NCBI GenBank assembly: GCA_951406725.2 | Contig: OX597834.1 | Span: 12,462,001-12,526,000, forward strand | Direction: 5' to 3' | DNA length: 64,000 bases | From: Octopus vulgaris | Lineage: Eukaryota | Shown here: positions 53,990 to 64,000 of the stretch, piece by piece | Position numbering within the stretch: position 1 is the stretch's first letter | Layout: each line of letters opens with the position of its first letter | The notes under the pieces: generated by a model | Told to the model about the DNA's origin: nothing | Databases searched by the model: none | What the model saw: only the letters and a program-made list of their open reading frames with translations | Made by a program: the position numbers and the translations under genes

Positions 53990-55153
53990 AACATCTCTGC
54001 GCTCGAAAATTCTAAAACCCAAAAGTATTTAATAAATATGAGATAAATTGTTATGCAACAAGCCGAAGTATGGCGATTGTGAACTAAAGCAACCTCTTAG
54101 TACTTCCTGTAGGGTTATGCATTTCTTTATAGGCCATGTGCAGTCCGAAAATTATAAGAAGTTACTAACAATTCATAAGCTAAGAGACAATCATTTATAT
54201 AGACCGTTGTTAAATATTCTAAGAACAGACGTAAACTTATGAAAGGCTGAAAGTTTCTTTCATAACCTAAAGCTATTCTTCTTCTTCCGAACGGTTTAGC
54301 ATTTATTTTCGCTGCTTGAATATTTTGTATGAAAAATGGTTGGGTGGTTATTTGGTTATGATATAAATCATCTGACCTAAATTATCGAAAAGTTGCATAT
54401 GACACGGGTAAGAATTAAGTATAAGAACGGTTATACATAAAGACATAAACAAGGCGAAGAAAAAGAAAATTGCGGGTATAGGAAACAGAGGAAATGTATC
54501 ATGTATTTCTGTTAATATATCTTGATGGAATTACGATCAATAAAAGAAATCTTTCAGAGTAATAATTTGTACTGTGTAATATTTGCGATGCGTTATTACT
54601 ACTAACGTTATTACTAGGAATGGAAAGAGAAATTGGGTGTACAATAATTGATTTTACACAGGATGCATAAAATCAATTATATACTTATGGATGATTTGTA
54701 ACTAGTTTTAAGAAAGAGCAAAATAATAATAACAATAATAATAATAATAATAATTAGGTGAATAGATGATGATGATGAGAAGAAATACAAGAAAAATAAG
54801 CGGACGAACAAAATTTTCTTTGTGTAAACGCTTAACAGATATGGGGAATATATGTATATTTATTGCTTTGGCATTTTGGACCAAGTTCGTACATAATATT
54901 AAAAGAATAACTTTAAGAATGTAATGCATTTGTAGGAGAAGACGAAGAAATATTAGAGATATGAATAAAAGCTACGAGTATTGTGTATATTAGGGTGATG
55001 AAGGCCGCGTATTAGCAGAAACGACGGATGGAAGCAGAGCTTCGGATAAAATGCCTAGCGTCAGAATTTCTAGTGCGTGTGTCTGTTCTTGATCCGAAGC
55101 CGAATAGGCCAGCGTTTTTACCTTTCACTTTACCGTGTTCTAGAAATGAAATA

Positions 55154-55369
55154 CAGTAATACCTCGCCATATCGCGGTTCACCTATCGCGGATTATTATG
55201 TAAGCCTACGTCGATTCCCCCGTGGTGTTATAATAAAATAACTACGTACAAATTATAAAAAATAATAATAATAATACAATACGGTACTCTTTCTCCTTCG
55301 CGGATTTTCACCTATCGCGGGGTGTTGGTGGTTTGGAATGTAATACCCGCGATAGTTAAGGGATTACTG
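55154..55369. mobile_element. Tigger/pogo-like MITE
   Basis: TA-cagtaatacctcg ... agggattactg-TA ends; internal repeated ttcacctatcgcgg. Confidence 0.8.
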
Positions 55370-58300
55370 TAATAAAAATTTACCCGATTCTGCCTCCACC
55401 ACCATCTCACAAAACCCTATTTTCACTCTGATTTCTACTGAAACCTTTATTAAACCTACACATGTCTATAGAATACTCGACCGTTTGCAAGTAAACTTCG
55501 CGAGTAGTAATATATTAAATCGAAGATTTGGAGCACATCGTTAAAACCGAGAGTGAATTCAGGTCTGTTAATGTGATGGAGGAATAAAATGATTCGAAGT
55601 TCATTAAAGATATAGGATTTGCTTCTTACAGTAGAAAGCCATCGATGTAACTGTATCGCACTGCTCTCTTTATAATGAAATAAGACCTCCTCTATCCATA
55701 ATTACACACACATAAATGATATACACAGTCTATCTATATCTACACATACACACATATAAATTGAGTTAAACGCATGTTATTCAAATCTTTATAATTCCAA
55801 CATATGCTTCGAAGAAAACGTTGGTGTTATTCTAGAAGGAATAAAATTATGTAAAACAATGAAGTCTTCTGATCAGGGAAAACAGAGAAACAAAACACAT
55901 CAATGTGCGCGCAAGTTTCACACAAAGATAATATTTATTCCTTGCACACATGTTACTTCATCAAATTCACATTGTGCGTCTAAGAAAACAAAATCCAGAA
56001 CAGAAAAACAATGTATGTTCCAGGATTTCTCTCGGAATATTTAAACATTATCAGCATACGTTCGTACCATATGCTATCAATTTGCATTATGGTAGATGAC
56101 TTTGAAAACCTCAGCCAAAATCTTCAATCTGCTCCATACTTTCGTTTACGTACCGCCAGAATAAAATTTGTATCATTCTCAGACAATTCTATTTCATGCT
56201 ATGGAATATATCCATATTTTAATTTTCATATTCCTTATCAGAATGCCAACATTTTTCTACATATGTATCCTTCGCAAGATGTCTGTCTGTTTTGATTTCT
56301 GGCTAGATAAAATAGCATGAATATTTATTGAATTAGTAAGGGGAGTGAATCTGAAGAATAGGTAGAGTGTCGGGAAACAACGCCTTACAACATTTAGTTG
56401 ATTTTATTTTCGTTTTCTTTCCCTGATCTGAGTTCAAATGTTGCTGTATTTGTCTTCGCCTCTCACCCTTCTGTGTTCAATAATATGTGAAATTATTGAA
56501 ATAATGTTTGCCGAGATAAATAAGTATTCTCACTCAGTAAATCTATAGATTTTTGCTTATAGGAAGAAAGTAATATTATTGGATTGGCAGAATTGGTAAA
56601 TAGGTGGAAGAATTTGCGGCCGGCATGTTGTTGCTCTTCATTTTGTTATTATATCATTTCATATTCAAATACTTCTTCGATGTGGTAGGGGTCATGATTT
56701 GCAAGAAGCAATAGCAATGCTAATACAAATATTGACATTTTACGTTACTAATCCCAGAACACCGATAAGTTGAGAGAAAGCTAGGTCAGTAACAACTGAA
56801 ATTAAAACAAAGAACTGAAGTAAACTCTGAAACACTCAATGTCTAACCACGTACCCATTCTTTAATTCAGCCACTCTTAATAATTCAATACGTATTGAAG
56901 ACATTTTAAATAACTAGAGATGAAAGGAGACGACCAGCTCCATTTAAAAAAGCAAATATTTGACAATGGAAGTATTAGTATCCCAAAACTGTTATTGTTA
57001 TATCCATTCCTGCTGGGATATTTTTATAATCGATCACTGAAACCAACAAGCTAGAACACCTAATAGAATTTCGCAATGCTGAAGTCAGAATTACAAATCT
57101 AAGCAGTAAATGACGAATCCTTCATTTGAAATTTCTGGTTCTGTCATTACAGAGGCGTTCTGTCATTACAGAGGCGTAACCGCCAACGACCAGGGATTAG
57201 TGATTTGTTTGACTGTAAGTCAAACAAAAGTATCCCGACAACATAAATCATTAGAGGATTGTTTAGAAATTGTTTAAAATGTACATGGATATAATTTCAT
57301 AGACGTCTTCCATACACCTCTTTTCCTTTCCTCGATGTTATGCAGATGAAAGTAAACAACTAACACCGGATACTTGGGTGAATATAATTTAGCAAAGATA
57401 CTATGCAAAAGACTCAACTTCATAACAAAATATCCGAGCAAACAAAAGTGCAGTAAGATCTATCACAAAGCATATTGTATCAAAGAGGGGAATACGATAT
57501 TAGATATTATAATTTAGACGCAATATGTTGGGTAAAATTTGCGTTGGTTGTGATCGAAATGCTTATTGCCAGAACCGTGTTTGATCAGTTCGGATGTTAG
57601 GATAAACAAGAAAAAAACAACAACAACAAAAAAACAGAAATAGGCAATTTTTAGTATTCTGTTTTAGGGTGTGAAAAAGCAGTTAGTGTACAAGTGCGAT
57701 TATACGATTATCTATATCGAATATTGAAACAGACATGCTGACGTCCGTGGTTCTGTTATCTTAAAGCCTTCACTAGCCACAATTTTTCACTACATTAAAC
57801 TGGATATTTAAAAATATACGATGAATTATACATTAAAATTTTACATTGAATTAATGGATATTCTGGAATTAATCTGTAATTAATTTATTCCAAAGCGTAG
57901 AGTTATGTTCTTGCAGGAAAATGAATCTATAACATAGACACAAAAACAGAAATACCAGGCTAAGTAAACTCGATTATATCGACCTCAATAATTCACAGAT
58001 ACATAAATTATTGACCTTGGTAGGAAGACGAGCAAAGTCAATATCGAAGGCATTCGTAATCAGAACGTAACAGTACCGAACCGAATGTTGCAAGGAATGT
58101 TGTTCGAATTTTTCAATCGATTTTGGCAGTACATTGCCTCATTCTTGTTGAAAGATTAATTTCGAATATAGGCAACAAGACATAAATGTTAGGGATAAAT
58201 GTAGTGGATTTCAATGAAAGCCGTATTTCAGTGGTAATTACTTTTCTTGACTCTAAGAAGCATGGATAGCAAAGTTGAATCTGACGGGGCTTGAATTCGC

Positions 58301-58432
58301 AGCACAAATAGTTTTAGCGAAACATAAGACATTTTGTTCTACGCTCTAAAGATTCTTTGTAGCCACCGGGACTTTTTCTTTGTCACTTAGTTACACAGAC
58401 GACAAAATCCAATTCTTGGGAGAGAAGTACCC

Positions 58433-58816
58433 TTTTACTCATTTACTTGTTGCAGTCATTTGACTGCGGCTATGCTGGAGCACCGCTTTTAGTCGAAGAA
58501 ATCGACCACAGGATTTATTCTTTGTAAGCCTAATACTTAGTCTATCGGTCTCTTTTACCGAACCGCTACGTGACTCGGATGTAAACACACCAGCATCGGT
58601 TGGCAAGCGATGTTGGAGGACAAACACAGATACAAAACACACACATATATATACATATATACGATGGGCTTCTTTCAGTTTCCGTCTACCAAATCCATTC
58701 ACAAGCCTTTGGTCGGCCTCAATCCATAGTAGAAACACTTGCCCATGGTGCCACGCAGTGGGACTGAACCTGGAACCATGTGGTTGGTAAGCAAGCTCTT
58801 TACCACACAGCCACTC
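58433..58816 (-). mobile_element. SINE family A, near full length
   Basis: Colinear with other copies. Confidence 0.9.
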
Positions 58817-59979
58817 TTAGCCAACACTTGACTTGTATATTATTTTGGCACCACTGCAACACAACAAAGACAAATTCTACATTGGGTAAATGTGAAATCA
58901 AAATCTAAATGGATGTAACCCTGTAAAACCATGTATTTTATCCAAAATTATTGCTATTTTGTCAACCTACAATAGTCTTCTACTTATAATATAAAAATGC
59001 CTCTCTATCGCAGACAATAAATATGTTTCCAATATTTTTATGCCTATTTCTTAGTGCTATACCATTTTCGCAGTCAGCAGAAACGAATATGCACAAAGTT
59101 CTTGGTTAGGCTATGATATATTGTAAAATGCCCTTAAATCAATAAATATACTCAGGTTTCATGAATTTCTACTAATGTTGGGGTTCCTAGGAAACTAAAA
59201 TACATGAACAGCGATAGGAGAAAAGTGCTCAAAGCCATTAGATATACAGATGCAAGTTTTCTATGGAGTTATCTTCTCTTTGATGAGTTGCGTCATTTAG
59301 GATTTGAGCAATTTGGGTTTCCGTAAATAATATTCTTTCACAATCAATTCAATGACGTACAAATTAAGACATAACTGGATTTCGGATTGGTGCTCCTACT
59401 TGAGGTCAGAGTAAACATCGCATGATGCGCAAACATACCAACATACACAAATATATGAAAATATATATGATAAAAGTGTTTCAACAGGAGATTGGTGGCG
59501 AGAAATGCTGATTAGTGAATCACGCAAACTCAGATTTGAAGAATTAAGATTACAGCTTATCAAAGAGTAATATTGATCCCCACATCAATATGGCTGTCCC
59601 ATAGGAATCGACGTTACAAACAGTTTCTAACCCCGGGAAGAGTCTTCTCCAGCTGGTTATCGATGCTACCAGCACAAGATACAGAGAATCTATACCATCT
59701 TCTAGCAGACGACCGGATCAACAGAGAGCATGGTTTAGGGCTGTTTGTGTCTATTATCAATGGTGAAAACCCACCCGACAGAGATATGGTATGGTTTCGC
59801 TCCCATGCTTGCAAAAAGTACCAGGTGCTGATTGCAACGATGACTAGCAAGAGGAGACACAAACGTTACTTTTCAATATACTTGCTACTTTCATATGTCT
59901 CATAGCGAATTTCTAACTAGCGACTTTGCATGTTACATGCAAACATACATACGAACATACATATATATGTATATCTATC

Positions 59980-60208
59980 TCTTTACTACCCACAAGGGGC
60001 TAAACACAGAGGGGACAAACAAGAACAGACGAACGGATTAAGTCGATTAGATCGATCCCAGTGCGTAACTGGTACTTAATTTATCGACCCCGAAAGGATG
60101 AAAGGCAAAGTCGACCTCGGCGGAATTTGAACTCAGAACGTAACGGCAGACGAAATACGGCTACGCATTTCGCCCGGCGTGATAAGGTTACTGCCAGCTC
60201 ACCGCCTT
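59980..60208 (-). mobile_element. SINE family B, one unit plus head
   Basis: ctttactacccacaaggggc ... ctgccagctcaccgcctt. Confidence 0.9.
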
Positions 60209-60221
60209 AACATATATATGT

Positions 60222-60327
60222 ATATCACCGTGATCATCGCGACCGACCAGACTATCAGATGTTGCTACACATCGCCGGCCACAATGCGCTTCGCATTGTT
60301 TTAGCCTTCAAATGACGCCACCCCGCT
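60222..60327 (-). mobile_element. SINE family C 3' fragment
   Basis: Shares cgcattgtttt...caaatgacgccaccccgct with 32038-32075. Confidence 0.55.
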
Positions 60328-60522
60328 TTCTAAGAGAGAAGGCTATATATATGTAAGTACGTATATATATATATACGCAAATATATATAAATAAATATAA
60401 ATAAATATATATATATATATACACGCAAATATATATAAATAAATATATATGTATAAATATAAATAAATAAATATATATGTATAAATATAAATAAATAAAT
60501 ATATATGTATAAATATAAATAA

Positions 60523-60553
<31 letters not shown>

Positions 60554-60639
60554 CACGCAAATATATATAAATAAATATATATGTATAAATATAAATGAAT
60601 ATATATTTTTTTTATCTAGTTTCAGCTCACAAGCTGTGG

Positions 60640-60682
<43 letters not shown>

Positions 60683-61614
60683 TAAACACATACATAAATA
60701 AATAAATATGTAAAATAATTATGTAAATAAATAAATATATATATACATATATATATATATATACACCTTATATACAGTCAACAGTAGTGCTCGAGTGACT
60801 TAAACCAATATCTGAAGTCTTTATCCAGGACTGGGACCACGGGGCACACGGTGGGCATCAGAAAATTTCAATCGATTACGCTACACACGCGCGTGCGGAG
60901 GCACACATACCCATATTTTGTATGCTAATGTTCGTATTTATTTGTTGCATAGAAAAGTCAGTTGTGTATCTTTTGGCAGAGAAATATTTAAAATAAGAAA
61001 CATCCCGAGCATTTCATGGAGAGAATTCTAGAGTTATGGAAAAAAAAAATATATATATATATATGTAAAGAAATAGATAAAAAGATCGACTCGGAGAAAA
61101 GTTTAAGACTGAAATATATAAAGACAGACACTTGGAAACTAGAAATAAAATAAAATAACATAAGTAAAAGAAAAAACGGAAACCAAAAGGAAAACAAAAG
61201 CAAATATATAAATGAACTACGAAGTAAAAAAAAAAATAACAAAAAATAGCATATGAAAATATATAAGCAAAATCCTCCTGCCAGTTATCTACCTAATATC
61301 TCTGTAGGAAGTTATGGTGCTGGTTGCCAGTGCTTTGGAAATCTTTGGAAGCGAAGCAAAACGATGAAGAATTCCAGATATATAATAGAAAAGAAGATGA
61401 AAAAAAAGAAAAAAAAAAAAAACAAAGTACAGCAGAGGAAGTCAAAACAGAATCTCCACTAACAAGTGTACATACACACACACACACACAGGCGCGGACA
61501 CACACACGTTCAGATATACACCGACATCAAAACAAACATAGAAATAAATACATCAAATATATATATTTCTATACTGTTCGTTACTAGTTTTAGTGGGAGA
61601 GCTGCGGCCATGCG

Positions 61615-61703
61615 TGTGTATACATACATATATACATACACATATATATTCATAAAAACATATGTACATACATGTATATATATGTATATATATATACATA
61701 CGC

Positions 61704-61752
<49 letters not shown>

Positions 61753-62386
61753 AATACACACACATACATATATATATATATATAAATACACACACATATA
61801 TATATATATATATAAATACACACACATACATATATATATATATAAATACACACACATACATATATATATATATAAATACACACACATACATATATATATA
61901 TAAATACACACACATACATATATATATATAAATACACACACATACATATATATATATAAATACACACACATACATATATATATATAAATACACACACATA
62001 CATATATATATATAAATACACACACATACATATATATATATAAATACACACATATATATATAAATATACACATATATATATATATATAAATATACACATA
62101 TATATATATATATAAATATACACACATATATATATAAATATACACACATATATATATAAATACACACACATATATATATAAATACACACATATATATATA
62201 TAAATACACACATATATATAAATACATATATATATAAATACACAGTCACATATATATATATACACAAACATGTGTGTGTACATATAAATAGATATATAAA
62301 TACATATATATGTGTTTATATACATAAACACACACACAAGTGTATATGTATATATATAAGTGTATATGTATATATATATATATATA
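61615..62386. repeat. Higher-order microsatellite, unit aaatacacacacataca(ta)n
   Basis: Directly visible. Confidence 0.92.
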
Positions 62387-63044
62387 TCAGACGTTAAAAA
62401 TATCCTTACTATAATTATCTCTCGGTAGCAATCTTAGTTCAAGTGTATGTATTTGAAAAATCCAGCTTTGGGTGAATTGAAAATAACGCAGTATATAAAT
62501 AGTTCCATATATAAGGAAAGCAATATTATGGAATAAGAACGATATTAATATTAACAATAGCCATAGTAGCAGCAATAGCCGTAGTAGTAGTAGTAGTAGT
62601 AGTAATAGTAATTATAATAACGGGATGAAAGAAAAAACACCTCTAATAGGATTATTTCCTTTCTGCGGAAAAGCATACGTGAACTCATTCTGGTCACGTG
62701 TCAAATATGTATCCTAGGAAATGAGCGGAGGTTGATGAGAGCAACGGGGATTCAACTTACACGCATATACACACACACACACACAGTCAGGAAGGAATAA
62801 CAAGGCAATATGAGAAAATGGAGAAAAGGGGGAAAATAACGATATATATATATTTATTAGTAATTATATATATTGGGAAGAATGGGTTTAATATTAAAAT
62901 TTTAATAGCTTGCAAGCATACGAAATTGGAAAATTGAATATGAAAATCAAGCAAAAACAAAAAAGCCATTAGTTGAACAAACACCTGTAATATTCTTAAT
63001 TTTGTTGTCTTTCTTGAAAAGAAATTAATGTGTGAAATGTTTGT

Positions 63045-64000
63045 TAAGGGGTTTAGTTGATTTTATTGCATCATTGGTGAACCGGTACTTATTTTATAGA
63101 TCGCAAAATGATGAACGTCGAAATCAAACTCGGCGAAATTTGAACTCAGAACGGAGAGCAGAAATAATTGAAAACACAAAACGCTATTTTGCCTTGGCAT
63201 GCTCTTCGAGATTCTTACTTCTTTATTGCCCTCAAGGGGCTAAACATAGAGGGGTCAAACAAGGACAGGCAAAGGTATTACGCCTGTTACATCGATCCCA
63301 GTGCGTAACTGATACTTAATTTATTGACCCCGAAAGGATGAAAGGCAAAGTCGACCTCAGCGGGATTTGAACTTAGAACGTAACGGCAGACGAAATACCT
63401 ATTTCTTTACTACCCACAAGGGGCTAAACATAGAGTGGACAAACAAGGACAGACAAACGGATTAAGTCGATTATATCGACCCCATTACGTGACTGCTACT
63501 TATTTAATCGGCCCCCATAGGATGAAAGACAAAGTTGACCTCGGCGGAATTTGAACTCAGAACGTAACGGCAGACAAAATACCTATTTATATTTCTTTAC
63601 TACCCACAAGGGGCTAAACACAGGGAGGACAAACAAGGACAGACAAACGGATTAAGTCGACCATATCGACCCCAGTGCGTAACAGGTACTTATTTAATCG
63701 ACCCCGGAAAGATAAAAGGCAAAGTCGTTCTCGGCAGAATTTGAACTCAGAGTAGCGACAGACGAAATACTGCTGAGCATTTCGCCCGGCGTGCTAACCA
63801 TTCTGCCAGCTCACCACCTGCATGTTTCTTTACTACCCACAGGGGTCTAAACACAGAAGGGACAAACAAAGACAGACAAACGGATTAAGTCGATTATATC
63901 GACCTCAGTGCGTAACTGATACTTAATTTATCGACCCCGAAAGGATGAAAGGCAATGTCGACCTCGGCGGAAATTGAACTCAGAACGTAACGGCAAACGA
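63045..64000 (-). mobile_element. Large SINE family B tandem cluster, running off the window edge
   Basis: Units start near 63217, 63401, 63591 and 63824; a head at ~63760-63820; an older degenerate copy at 63045-63200. Confidence 0.9.

Noticed and set aside
57138-57177. Exact 19-bp tandem duplication gttctgtcattacagaggc
   Set aside because: Real but isolated; most likely a simple slippage or repair duplication.
59480-59905. ORF 59573-59905, possibly a Gypsy gag relic
   Set aside because: Only vague resemblance (FEELRLQLIKE, RYKQFL); no diagnostic motif, LTR or pol.

Overview
Very AT-rich, microsatellite-saturated animal non-coding DNA. The repeat families look like those of Octopus (inferred from recognising the sequences; no database search was run). 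No intact protein-coding gene is supported: almost all listed ORFs are translations of (TA)n/(CA)n/(CAT)n tracts or SINEs. The window holds about 18 copies of a tRNA-derived SINE with an internal microsatellite (family A) and about 15 loci of a second tRNA-derived SINE (family B) that forms head-to-tail ~184-bp tandem arrays. It also holds decayed mariner and DD37D (maT) transposases, Tigger-like and Merlin-like MITEs, and RTE, R4/Dong and zinc-knuckle LINE fragments. The main unexpected signal is a set of type I hammerhead ribozyme motifs in short, mutually unrelated cassettes, mostly bordered by (TA)n tracts. Two look complete, with GUC cleavage sites (26357-26459 minus, 36940-37046 plus), and at least five are decayed. 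This is consistent with Penelope-like or retrozyme remnants. Also notable are a perfect 79-bp inverted repeat, closely spaced inverted SINE pairs, and an old gap-free duplicated, possibly ex-coding segment. Element boundaries were placed by eye and are approximate.
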